Position numbers and translations under genes: made by a program
Origin: Octopus sinensis
Taxonomy: Eukaryota
Direction: 5' to 3'
Assembly (NCBI RefSeq): GCF_006345805.1
Contig: NC_042998.1
Span: forward strand, 26,970,001 to 27,034,000
Length of the DNA: 64,000 nucleotides
Notes under the pieces: model-generated
Database searches by the model: none
Seen by the model: the letters and a program-made list of their open reading frames with translations, nothing else
Told to the model about the DNA's origin: nothing
In this document: positions 39,150 to 51,845 of the stretch, piece by piece
Position numbering within the stretch: position 1 is the stretch's first letter
Layout of the letters: every line of letters starts with the position of its first letter

Positions 39150-39375
39150 AGGATTGAAATCCCAAAGTCATTCCCTGTATGTGATCAGGGGTAAATATGG
39201 GTGATGATCTATCATTTCATGCACACATTGCTAAGGTGATGATGATGTGCATAAAGCTGGCAAGATGGATTGTTATCAAACAGTGGGAGAAAGTAGGAAA
39301 TCATTTTAGTTCTGTACAGAACAGTTGTACTCGGATCTCTGGATTATTGTTCCCAACAAAAGTCACTACTCAATG
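39150..39375 (+). pseudogene. Degenerate CR1/L2-like RT C-terminal fragment
   Basis: GVNMGDDLSFHAHIAKV...KLARWI resembles DLGVxxxxxLSFxxHIxxV...GWI. Confidence 0.5.
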
Positions 39376-40151
39376 TTTAATCGCTCTCTATATATATAAA
39401 GCTGAAGTTGTCTGTGTATGGCAGGTTTGGTAGCCTTCAACTAACACTATCTCCTCCGAGACCCTGCAGCGCAAGTTGACCAAAATTGAGAGTATGATAG
39501 AAGAAGGCTTGCTCTTCCTTCCATAGAAGATAAAATTCAAATCGGACCATGTTAATACCAAAAATCATTTACATCAAAAAGGTGCTTTTTTTCCTATGAA
39601 AATCCTATTTTTTACGATTTTTTGACTGCTGTGTCACCATTTTTCGGTGTATTTCAACCAGAAAAATGTTCACTTAAAGAGAATAACAAGCTACATAATG
39701 CAAAATTTTTACTTTTCAAAAATTCCAATTCTAAAGTGTCAAAACAAACCCAAGCAACACCGGGCGATACTGCTAGTTAATGATAAAACTAGAAGCAATA
39801 CAATGTTAATACACAAAGATAAGGTGGCAAGCTGGGAGAATCGTTAGCACACAGCTAACACTGTCATATTGAACAAAATGCTTGGCAGCCTTTTGTCTGA
39901 CTTTACGATGAGTTCAAATTCCACTGAGGTCGACTTTGACTTTCATCTTTCCGGGGTTGATAAAATAAGTACCATTTGAGCATTGAGGTTAATCTAATCA
40001 ACTTTCCCCCTCCTCCAAACTTGCTGGCCTTGTGTCAAAATTTGAAATCAATGTAACTACTCAAAGAAAAGAAATGCTATGCAAATGTGTATGGAGTTTA
40101 ATATAAAGGAGAGCAAGAAGAAAGAGTGAAAAATTATTTGACATTAAAACC

Positions 40152-40581
40152 TGTTGTATAGTTAAACTGTATACCCCTCCCAGTAAAAAGTGGTAAGTGC
40201 CAGCCATTATAAATAGACCAGGGGCCGAGAGTCAAACAGTAGAGAGTCGACGGCTCTAGTTAGTGTCTTGTGGAGCTATCAGACAGAAGTTAGTGTATTA
40301 CTATTCCGGTATGAATAGATACAACGGTATCCGATGACTAGTAACTATTGTGGCTACTAGTGTAAAACAGCATCTACAGTACAACGGCAGTTTCACATCA
40401 CACCAGTGGGAGGAACCCACTTTACAACAAAACCACAGCCAGGAAAAGAATATTTTCAACGCAGCTTTGACCATTGCCAAAAGGGGTAAAACCAAAGTTA
40501 TGATGCTACCAAAACTCACTTCCTGTTTAACACCCATGTCTATGCGAAGGATAGAAATGAAATCATAGCTATGCTACAACT
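40152..40581 (+). mobile_element. Possible solo LTR
   Basis: Begins TGTTGTA, ends TACAAC(T), has an internal TATAAATAG and locally more CpG; no TSD seen. Confidence 0.25.
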
Positions 40582-40948
40582 CGATTGTGAAAGTAAAATA
40601 ATATCTGAAGTCCTGTGATTCAAACGAACCCTGATTAAGACAAATTTCATTGATGTGCGTTTTGTGCATGAATAATTTTTTTTTTTTAGTTGGTTGTGCA
40701 TATCTTCATTATATCTTTTATCTTTTACTTGTTTCAGTCATTAGACTGCGGCCATGCTGGGGCACCGCCTTGAAGTACTTTTAGCCAAATGAATTGACCC
40801 CAGTACTTTTTCTTAAGCCTATTGGTCCCTTTTGTTGAACTGCTAAGTTACAGGGATGTAAACACACCAACACCAGTTGTCAAGTGTTGGGTGGAGGGAC
40901 AAACACAGACACAAATATACAGGTAGGTAGGTAGGTAGATATAGACAG

Positions 40949-40994
<46 letters not shown>

Positions 40995-41545
40995 ATACAA
41001 CAGGCTTCTTGTAGTTTCTGTCTACCAAGTTCACTCATCAGGTATTAGTCAGCCTAGGGCTATAGTAGAAAACATTTGCCCAAGGTGCCATGCAGTGAGA
41101 TTGAAACCAGAACCATGTGGTTGGGAAGCAAACTTCTTACCACACAGCCATGCCTGCACCTATGATGGATCCATGTTTTAGTAGGAGAAAATATTACATC
41201 AAACGGCTTCCTCTTTACTAATTTTTCAGCTATTATTTCACACAACTTCACTTCATTTTCTCATGAAGTCAAAAGACACTTTATGAGAATGTATACACAT
41301 CGTTGTTTTGTTTTGCTTTGTTTTTTCCCATTCTCACAACTTGTTTTTATTGTTTAGTTTTTTTCTATCATTGTGCTTATACTTCAGCTTTCTCTGTCCG
41401 TGTTTGTTTACCATGTTCATTCATTTATACAAGGGGTTCTCGTTTATACAAGGGGCTGTCTAAAAACCTCTTTGGTTCCTATTTTACTCAGATGGACCCT
41501 CATAACCATATGATGTTTAAAAGATCCTATAACATTTTTATACCA

Positions 41546-42082
41546 TAAGGCTGAGTAAAAAGTAAGCAACGTTTTGAAACATGAAATTCATCACAATATA
41601 TTTCAACAATGCAGAAATTTATTACTATTACAATCAACACATTTCTGATGAGTTACAAGTTTGTTTATTCTGGCAACATAAAAATCTGGAGTTCTGGAGC
41701 ATGATAAACTCTTTGAACACACTTTCAGCATCGGTTTGATTTTTGAACTCCTTCTCTGACAGGAAACCATCAAGGTGCTTGAAAAAGTGGTAGTTGGTAG
41801 GAGAAAGGTTTGGGGAATAAGCTGGGTGGCAAGGAAATTCGTAACCCAGTTCCTTCAACTTCTGGAGTGTCATTAGTGAAATGTGTGGCTGAGCATTGTC
41901 ATGAAGAATGATCGACCATCTTCTGCTGACCAGTCTTGGATGGAGGAGTAGCAGTTTTTCATTCATTTTGGCAATTTCAGGGCAATTGCACAAAAATGTT
42001 TTTAAAAATTTTAAACTCTGCAAAAGTCCAGTACAAATTCATCATGGCTCAAAACGTTGCTTACTTTTTACTCAACCTGATA
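41546..42082 (-). mobile_element. Internally deleted mariner element with both TIRs and transposase C-terminus (41634-42023)
   Basis: TIR AGG(C/T)TGAGTAAAAAGTAAGCAACGTTTTGA at both ends; motifs HDNAQPH and HPAYSPNLSPTNYHFF (third catalytic D reads N). Confidence 0.92.
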
Positions 42083-43568
42083 ATTAAATATTATTAGGAA
42101 TTGTATAAAAATAATTATTAGAATACTTTGTGCATTGTATAAGTATAACCAATCTATTGCACAAAGTTTAGCAACAAAATCTCATATGGCCCCTTAAGGG
42201 TTGTATGAACACCAGCTGAGAACCCTTGATTTGCACCCTAGTACCTTACATTGCTAACACTGTCATATTGAACAAAATTGTTGGAAGATGTTCAAATGGT
42301 GATATTTGGTCAACAACTGATATGTGGGGGAGGGTAAAGTTTGTTTGTGTTTAAGTGTTTCCCACACAACCACCCACCAACCCCCATAAATTTCTATTAT
42401 CCCTCTGCTCCACAGTTTCATTTACTATTTATTGTAATTTCGTTTTTGTATTTGGTTTATAAATCTCTCTATATATAAAGCTGAAGTTGTCTGTGTATGG
42501 GAAGTTTGGTAGCCTTCAACTAACACTATCTCCTCCGAGACCCTGCAGTGCAAGTTGACCAAAATTGAAAGTATGATAGAAGAAGGCTTGCTCTTCATTC
42601 CATAGAAGAGATAATTCAAATCGGACCATGTTAACACCAAAAATTGTTTACATCAAAAAGGTGTTTTTTTCCTATGAAAAACCCTATTTTTTACGATTTT
42701 TTTACTGCTGTCGCCATTTTTTGGTGTATTTCAACTAGAAAAATGCAAGACTTGTACATTTCAAAAATTCCAATTCTAAAGGGTCAAAACAACAATGCTG
42801 GGTGATACTGCTAGCGAATGAAATAAATAACTAAATGAAGTCAGACCAGTGAGTGTGTTAAATTAATAAGGCACTAAAAGAGAATGACTCTCCCCTGACA
42901 CAATAAAATTTGTTAGTTACAAGTATTTTTCTCAAATATCAGTTTCTTTATTGTGCCACCACTCCTCTATTATTATTCCATCTATGGTCTCCCTATCCTA
43001 CTGTGGCCTTCTCTATCTACTTACTTTACTATCTCTTTCTCTATAAACTTGCCTCTTCTTTCATCACTTGCAACTATCAACCCTTTTATCCTTCTACCTA
43101 TCTTTCTATCTAAAAATCCATTTATCTCTCTTCCTTGCTTTCCTTCCCTGATTTAATTGTCTCTGCAACATCCCTCCACTTACCTTCTTTCCCCTCCATC
43201 AAGTGGCTTTCTTATGCCACTCCCTTTTTGAACTGACAGTTCAACTGGTCAATCACTTCTGGTTTTTTCTCTTTTTTTTTTTTTCAGGCACACTCTTTTT
43301 CCCATTAGCATTACTTTGCACAGCTTGTCATAGTTTTGTCACCAACTCCAAAAGCATTCTATACAATGTTTTGCAGTGTATTTCACCCATTCTCCTCATA
43401 AGTCATTTTTACTTACTGTTCAGTCTATATAGGCCTTAATTTTTTCTGTCCCTACCCTTGGCTAAGCATTTTTCTGACTCTGTCCATCTACCATGTCCAC
43501 TCAGCTATAACTCAGCAGTTTACATTGCTGACACTACCAAATTGAACAATAATGCCATATATATACAT

Positions 43569-43599
<31 letters not shown>

Positions 43600-44817
43600 G
43601 TATATTGTGTCTGTGTGTATATATATATATAGTTATATATATGTTGTATGTATGTTCAAAGAACAAATAAACCTACTTGAGTGCATTTTCTTTTCCATAA
43701 ATACATAAGGCAAATACTGAGTTGCATTTTTTTTTTTATTACAAAACCTAATGGTGATGATTTGCTTGTGTTTGGGTTTTACATTGTTAAATTATTAATT
43801 TTAATGATTTCAATAATTTTGTCTTTATCAATAATAATAATTTACAATAAACGGGCTGTATTATATCTATGTCGCCGTGTGCCAACTTTTCTTTTCAGAG
43901 CGTTTTACAATCCAAATATAAAGGTTTTGTCTCCAAAGCGATATGATGAAAACCCTATCAAAGCTGGAGTAATAGTGACAAATCATAAGATAATAATGAT
44001 GATGATAGTAATTATTGGTGCAACATTCTAGATTAGCTCTGAACCGGTATTAATATGCTAATAACTCATTAATTATTCTGGAATGATTATAGGCTGCATT
44101 GTTATACTGTCAATTCGTTAATCTCATCAACTTTACATTCCGTGTATAACAATACAGGAATAGTTTCTCATACATTTCACTTGAAAATATTGTTTCAATT
44201 CTCAATGCCATTTGCTATAAATGGTTCTGATTTCCCGTTTGTGATTCATTTAACTCTACGTATGCCAACACCAATGTAGAAATGTCTCAAATATTTTTTG
44301 GTCATTCTTTTCTAACATATTGCATTGTGTTATTTTTTTTTTTTTTTTGTTTTAAGATGATATGGTGTAACTTGAGGGAGACTTGGCAATCATGTCTAGC
44401 ATGCTGAGTGACCATATAGAGACTCTCTCATTGGCATTACTGTTTCCACCTTCAACGCCACTGCAATCAATGCCATTATTATTTATCAGAAGAGTAACAA
44501 CAACAATAATGGTTTCAAATTTTGCCACAAGGACAGTCATTTGGAGGGAGGGGATGAGTCAATTACATCGACCCCAGCGTTTCACTGGTACTTAATTTAT
44601 CAACCTCGATAGGATGAAGGGCAAAGTTGACCATGACAGAATTTGAACTCAGAACATAGCAATGGAGAAATAGCGCTAAGCATTTCATCCAGCATGTTAA
44701 CGATTCTACCAGCTCACTACCTTAACGACAATAATAATAATAATGATGTTTGTATCTAAGATAGGTTGTTTATAGCAGAAAATGATGACGCAGTGAACAC
44801 TTGATATTTTAAAATAT

Positions 44818-44935
44818 TGATGGACGTTAAACGATGATGATGGACGTTAAACAATGATGATGGACGTTAAACGATGATGAACGTTAAACGATGATGATGA
44901 ACGTTAAACAATGATGGACGTTAAACGATGATGGT
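44818..44935 (+). repeat. Minisatellite of ~6 x (TGGACGTTAAACGATGATGA) derived from the RTE 3' terminus
   Basis: The unit equals the extreme 3' end GGACGTTAAACGATGATG of the RTE-tail copies. Confidence 0.9.
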
Positions 44936-45728
44936 GAATCAGTGTCTGAATATCACTAAATCTGCATGTTTACGAATGATTTGATATGTTTTGTTACATA
45001 TAAAATATGAAGAGACTGAGAGACAAAATTAAGGTTAATGGAGAGGGCTGGCGTTGGTTCCACGTAAAAAAGCAGCTGTGCTGGTGCCATGTAACAAGTA
45101 CCCAGTGTACTCTGTAAAGTGGTTGATGTTGGGAGGGGCATCCAGTCATAGAAACCATGCCAAAATAGACAACCGGAGCCTGATGCAGCTCTTCGGCCGG
45201 CCAATTCCAGTCAAACCATCCAGCCCATGCTGGCATGGAAAAGTGGACAGGGGAGGAGGAGGAGAGAAAGAACAGCTATGTGCATACATGAGCACACACA
45301 CACACACACACACACACATTATATATAAATGTGTGTATTTTATAAGAGTCAATGCAGAAAAGTGAATGGAGTGATTACACTACCCTGACTCAGTTCTTAG
45401 TCAACCACTACTGTGTATTTGTATGACACTCAATTCTTGTTCTGCCCATGCCCTGAGAAAGGTATTCTTAGTCATGAAACTAAGGTGTTGACAAATCAAA
45501 AGAAGATAAAGTGCTCACAATGTTTGAAAGCAGATTGTGCTTTTCTATATTTCAAACTTTACCAACAACTTGCAAAAATGTGATTGAATAGCACTGCAAA
45601 GCTATTTCTGCAATCATTAGAGTGATGGACGTAACTCATAAATAATTCTAATTACAGCAAAAAAAAAAAATTAATAGAACACACACTAAATTTGAATATC
45701 TTAATCCTTCCTTTCCAGATAAGTAAAT

Positions 45729-46212
45729 TTAGTTAGTTAGTTAGTTAATTTTTTGGCTCAAAAGCAAAAAGCAAGGCCATGTAGGGGGACATGGAGTTAA
45801 GTACAGGGTGGTGTTCATGTAAAGAGTTCAGGCCACTTGAGGTCAAGGGAGACTTTGAACAAAGCGGTCGTCGGCATCTTCACCATCTCGTCTGGCAGCT
45901 TGTTCCACGGATCCGCAAACCGGACGGAGAAAGCGCCTCTCCTTCGATTGAGATGAAATCGTCACAGGTAGAGCTTTTCGGAATGACCCCACAGCCGACG
46001 CTCTGGAGCAGGAGTGAAGAACAGCTCTTTCGAGAGGTTACACTTTCCGCTTATGATGTTGTGAGCAAGAATGAGATCACCACGGCGGCGGCGTTTTTCT
46101 AGAGAATAAAGGTCGAGCGTCTTCAGCCTTTCTTCATAAGACAAATTCTTGAGACCATGAACCATGCGGGTAGCCAGCTTCTGGACTCTTTCGAGATGCT
46201 GTATGTCTTTCT
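45729..46212 (-). mobile_element. Recent 5'-truncated CR1-group LINE 3' end with (AACT)n tail
   Basis: HLERVQKLATRMVHGLKNLSYEERLKTLDLYSLEKRRRRGDLI is a CR1/L2-type C-terminus; CpG-rich; TTAG repeats at 45729-45747. Confidence 0.88.
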
Positions 46213-46581
46213 ATGTTTATTTATTGCAGGTGACTTGGTGGCTAAATCATATTGTAAATAGGGACTTCAAACATTGACTTAAATTTGGGAAGAAGAAATA
46301 CAGAGGCTCAATCCTAAATATATTACTGGTACATTTTTTTTATTGGCTTCTAATGAATTACTTGTGGGATTTGAACCTAGAACATAAACTAACATAACTA
46401 AGCACCCACAGCCACTATTAATATTCAGTTAGTCGTTCACAAATATTCTACCTGTTTTATATTCAAACCATCTTGATCTGGCCTCTCACACCTATTTTGC
46501 AATGTCATTCTAAAAATAAACAATCACATCATTGAAATATTCTAACTAAAGTTAATGCATGATTAATCCAAAGCAATATGA

Positions 46582-46910
46582 ACAAGAGCACTCAGAGACT
46601 GCAAACCTCCATCAAGGCAACACCAACGTCTTCTCAACAATTAGCTGGAGATGATTTTTAAAATGAGAATATCTGAAATAAACTCAACTGTTCTCAAAAA
46701 TTAAGTTAAAAAAACAGGAAAAATAATCCAGAATCCTTGTCCGGTACCGGATCGATCCCCAAATCTAATCAGTTTGTGCCAGTCATGAGGCCAAACATCC
46801 CTGAAAGTTTCATCTGAATCCATCCAGCAGTTCTCGAGTTATCTTGTCCACGGACAAACAAACAAACACAACTGAAAACAATACCCCCGCCTTTTCTAAG
46901 GCAGAGGCAA
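46582..46910. mobile_element. Helentron-type HINE (DINE-1-like) nested in a piggyBac MITE
   Basis: AACAAGAG start, (ACAA)n microsatellite, terminal hairpin CCCCCGCCTT..AAGGCAGAGG, with AACCTCCATCAAGG near the other end; MITE halves on both sides. Confidence 0.6.
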
Positions 46911-48405
46911 TAGCATAAGTATTACATCTGACAGTATTACATTTGAATACTAAATAGTTAATATAGTTTTCTACTGTTCTGTTACTTCATTTGTTTGGGT
47001 AGGTAGTAATTTATAAAGAAAAATCTATCCTCTTTACAAACTGAAGCATTACTTAGCTTAAAAACTTCAGATTTTCTACACAATGATTCTCAGTTTTATT
47101 TCATTTGATTTTTATGTATATTGCTTCCAGTATTGGGTCAAAATTGTATTAAATTATTTTACAACCTGTCTACTTTCATACATATTAAATCTGGTTATGT
47201 AGCTGCAGAGATTCTGCACAATTATTTTCAACAACTAGTGACTTTGCATATTTTTAAACTATTCTCTCTATTTTCTAGCTATTGAATAATGATCCATGTA
47301 GCCAAGAGATATCAATAATGAGTTTGTATTTGTTATACTTTGAGATGTTTTGGGGGTTTTTTTGCCAAATAACATCAGGAATCTTGCAAAACAAATTCAT
47401 AAACAAGTTTGTATTTCTTCACAGAATAATATTTGAAAACAAGGAGAGAAAAAGTAATTCCTAATATTAAGAACCAAAACGAAATTCCATTTGGTATTTC
47501 AATATCCTTTTAAATAGCATTTCACTCATTAAATCAAATGCATAAATGTGAGAACAAAATTTTCTTAGGGTTGCAAATCCAGGTCCAAAATTTTTTACAA
47601 ACAAGGTTGATTTTTTTCAATCTTAATATCAAAACAAACACAACAATCCTTTTTTACTATAGGCGAAAGTCCTGAAATTTAGAGAAGGAGGTAGTCGATT
47701 ACATTGATCCCAGTATTCAACTGGTACTTTATTTTATCGATTCCAAAAGGATGAAGGGCAAAGTCAACCTTGTACTACAGAGCCATAGGTTGTTTCAGGT
47801 GAAGTGGTATCAAAAAGATTTCAACAATTTCATCGGGGATTTTCTTTCCTGTGATCGTCACCCTCATAATGTTATGTCTACTTGCCAATGTTATTATGAG
47901 TTGGATAGCTCATCACAACCCCACAACTATAGCCAACACTTTACAAGGCTCAAGTGAAGCTGGCTACCAATGGGGGTTCTACTCCTACATCTGAGACAGT
48001 GCTGCTATACTAAGCACACATACAACCGGGACTGTGAAGAAAGAAGGGCCAGTTGACTAATTAGAATTCAATCACTAATTGACATATTCCAACCTCTAAT
48101 CCAGAAGCAAGCTGTCACATCTTTCTTTTGTCTTCTGTTGCTACCATTATGGTCTTTCTCAAATCTGGTTGGTCTGATGCCTCCATCACTCAATATCTGT
48201 TCAGTTGTCGTAGGACTGAAGGAAAAATGAGTATAGGCATAGGAGTGGCTGTGTGGTAAGTAGCTTGGTTACTAACCACATGGTTCTGGGTTCAGTCCCA
48301 CTGCGTGGCACCTTGGGCAAGTGTCTTCTACTATAGCCTCGGGCTGACCAAAGCCTTGTGAGTGGATTTGGTAGATGGAAACAGAAAGAAGGCCGTTGTA
48401 TATAT

Positions 48406-48491
<86 letters not shown>

Positions 48492-48859
48492 GTGTGTGTG
48501 TGTGTGTATATGTTTGTGTGTCTGTATTTGTCCCCTCAACATCGCTTGACAACCGATGCTGGTGTGTTTATGTCCCGGTAACTTAGCGGTTCGGCAAGAG
48601 AGACCAATAGAATAAGTACTAGGCTTACAAAGAATAAGTCCTGGGGTCGATTTGCTCAACTAAAGGTGGTGCTCCAGCATGGCCACAGTCAAATGACTGA
48701 AACAAGTAAAAGAGTAAAGAGTTGTGAAAATGAGTTATGGGAAAAGATATTAACAATACACTTTTAAAAAACTCAGTTTTATTGAGATGGGTAGGACTTC
48801 TCAAGCATGATAACTCGGCAATCCTCCCGGTCCTATGTCACCTCTCTGCAAGGTCCAAC

Positions 48860-49260
48860 AACCTGAGTTCAGTCTTTCCTACTTTTCCCCCACTACATCT
48901 TCCTAGGTCTCCTTCTTCCATGAGTTCCATCCACATTTAGTTATGCAGCTGTTCTCGTCCATAATGCATCAGATAACTTTACAAGTGCAGTTTTCCCTCT
49001 TGCACACTATACCTGATGTCTTTTGTGCCCAATTTTTTTCTCAAGGCATTTACACTTTGTTGTATGTGCACACTGACATTGCACATCCAGTGGTGCATGT
49101 TAGCTTCATTTCTGTGTAGTCTTTGCATTCAGAGCTCATATTTCACTGCCATGTGGAGTTGCAGTTTGTGAATAAGTATCATACAATCAATCTTTCACTT
49201 TGAGAGAGAGGGAGAAACCTTCTCTCCCCAACAAAGTTAATGGTTTTTTTGAACTTTCAA
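48860..49260 (-). pseudogene. Degenerate RTE ORF 3' fragment
   Basis: Aligns by eye with 15530-15920 (CACTGACATTGCACATCCA, TTTCACTGCCATGT). Confidence 0.65.
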
Positions 49261-49374
49261 CAACTGGTTCATATTCTAGCAACATGTATGTATGTATATA
49301 TGTATGTGTGTGTGTGTGGTGTGTGTGTGTGTGTGTGTTGTGTGTGTGTGTGTGTGTATGTCTCTTCTATTTTT

Positions 49375-49655
49375 TATTTATTATAAATCTTCCACTGAGG
49401 AGGGAGCCAGTTTCCAACAAAGATACAAGGCTCCATCTTTGGGATGTAGTTAACACAGACAAATTCACATTTTTAATCGAGAAAAGTCATGCACATTTTT
49501 AATGTTCCACTCACAGACTGCACATGTAATGTACGAATCAGCCAGTTGATTTCTCTTTCTGAAAATCCCAGTTTATCCAAATTCTCCTTTAAGCATTTAT
49601 TAACAAAACCTAGTGCTCCAATTATTATTGGTATGAATATGAATTCATAGTCTGG
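49375..49655 (-). mobile_element. 3' end of an RLE-type (R4/Dong/NeSL-like) LINE between microsatellites; sister-family tail at ~49678-49790
   Basis: YPDYEFIFIPIIIGALGFV...GTLKMCMTF C-terminus plus a short 3' UTR. Confidence 0.75.
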
Positions 49656-49792
49656 ATATGTATGTATGTGTATATCCATTATTCAGTTTATTTCAAGATT
49701 TCTTGCCAATAGAGAAAGAACCAGTTTCTAACCTAGATTCAAGCTTCTTTCACTGGAATTTCATAATCAACAACCGGGTATTTTAGTTTGAT

Positions 49793-49851
<59 letters not shown>

Positions 49852-50986
49852 GTATATATATATTTATATATATATGTATATATAGGTGCAGATTTTTATG
49901 TTTTATGTATGTATTCTCATAGCTAGACATGCTCATATGTATGTGTGTGTGTGTGTGTATGTGTATATATGTATGTATGCATGCATGCATGCATGCTGCA
50001 TGTATTGTGTAGTTAAGAAATAAATTTTCCAACCATCTGGTTTTGGGTTCAATTCTTATTGTGTGACACTTTAAGCAAGTGTCTTCAACTATATCAAAGC
50101 CTTGTGAGTGAATTTGAAAAACAGAAACTGAAGGAAGCCCATTGCATGTGTGCGCCCCCTTGTTTTGGCATTGCATTATAACTGTAAAATGATAGTCACC
50201 ATCATACAAGCAGCATCATTCATTTTTAGCTTGCCATGAAAACATGCTATGCTCGGTCATGGAGAAATATTATCTTGCTTGGAAAGAGTTCCATCTCACC
50301 CAAGCAGGTACAGAAAAGTAGATACTTTTATTCTTTTACTTGTTTCAGTCATTTGACTGCAGCCATGCTGGAGCACCGCCTTTAGTTGAACAAATCAAGC
50401 CCAGGACTTATTCTTTGTAAGCCTAGTACTTATTCTATTGGTCTCTTTTGCTGAACTGCTAAGTTACGGGGATGTAAACAAACTAACACCAGTTGTCAAG
50501 TGGTGATGAAGGGACAAACACAGACATACACATACATATGTACGATGGGCTTCTTTCAGTTTCCATCTACCAAATCCACTCACAAGGCATTTGTTGGCCC
50601 AAGGCTATTGTAGAAGATACTTGCCCAAGGTGCCACACAGTGGGACTGAACCCAGAACCATAAGGTTCTTACCACACAGCCATGCCTGCACCTATATTGA
50701 TAATGATAATATAAATTGGTTTCAAATTTTGGCACAAGGCCAGCAATTTCAGGGGAAGAGGTAAGTTGATTACACTGCCCTCAGTGCTCAAGTGGTACTT
50801 GTTTTATCATCCCCGTAAAGATGAAGGGCAAAGATAACCTCAACAGAATTTGAACTCAGAATGTAAAGATGGATGAAATACCTCTAAGCATTTCACCTGG
50901 TATACGACCAATTCCGCCAGCTCGTTACCTTAATGATGATATATGCTAAAAAAAAAAGCTGCTGTCTTTGACAGGTTAGAACAGAA

Positions 50987-51270
50987 CAGTGGTTCCCAAA
51001 GTGGGTGGTATTGGCCCCCTGGGGCCGGTGGAAAGATCCAGGGGGCATTGAAGCAAAGTGGGATGATAATGGGGCAGCCAAAATGGGGTGATAGATATTA
51101 AAAAAAATATATTAATAGATTAATTAGGTTTAAGTTTTATTTGTGAAATACAGTTGTTTTGAATTTACTGCAGAAAGTGGTCTATATTTGTGGTGGGGAG
51201 GGGAAAGGGGCAGTAGGAATGAGGCCCGGTGTCAAGGGAGCAGCAGCTCGAAAAAATTTGGGAACCACTG
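50987..51270. mobile_element. hAT/Charlie MITE
   Basis: TIR CAGTGGTTCCCAAA / TTTGGGAACCACTG; GGTTAGAA on both flanks (left copy offset by 5 bp). Confidence 0.85.
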
Positions 51271-51591
51271 GGTTAGAATATCATATCTTGCTGATGCTCC
51301 TTTTGATAAGATTTCTATGAGTAGATGTCCTTCCTAACACTAATCATAAAACAGAAATATTCAACTACAATTTATGCCATGGGTCAATGAAGGAAGTTCT
51401 GAAATTGCTGGACCTACTAGAAATAGCAGCCAAATATCCTTCAAATCCCACCCTACTGTTTTAAAAAAAGAAGAACACATTGGCTGATGTAGTCATGGGT
51501 ACACTATTCCTGTAAATAAGACAGGGTGGTAATAAATGGAAAGGCTTTGATTATAGATCTGGTCAGTCCAATCTAACCCAAGGCTAAACAA

Positions 51592-51845
51592 CTGGCTCTC
51601 TGTTAGTTACAACGAGTGTTACAGTTGATTCAATCAATGGAACAGCCTGCTCATGAAATTAATGTACAAGTGGCTGAGTACTCCACAGACATGTGTACCC
51701 TTGGTGTAATTCTCAGGATTATTCAGCATGACACAGAATGTGACAAGGCTGGCCCTTTGAAAAACAAGTACTACTCTCTTTTGCCACTTGACACAACGCA
51801 CTGTCAGGGATTGAACTGATGACCCTATGATTATGAGGCAAATAC
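51592..51845 (-). mobile_element. Further SINE-like element (partial relative at ~7675-7750)
   Basis: Shared CTRCTCAT.GA..T.A.G...CAAGTG..TGAGTA.TCCACAG; degenerate tRNA-like end GGGATTGAACT. Confidence 0.45.

Noticed and set aside
43840-43990. Helitron Pif1-helicase C-terminal remnant (YVAV..RAFYNPNIKVL)
   Set aside because: Similarity is too short and needs frameshifts; cannot be supported without a search.
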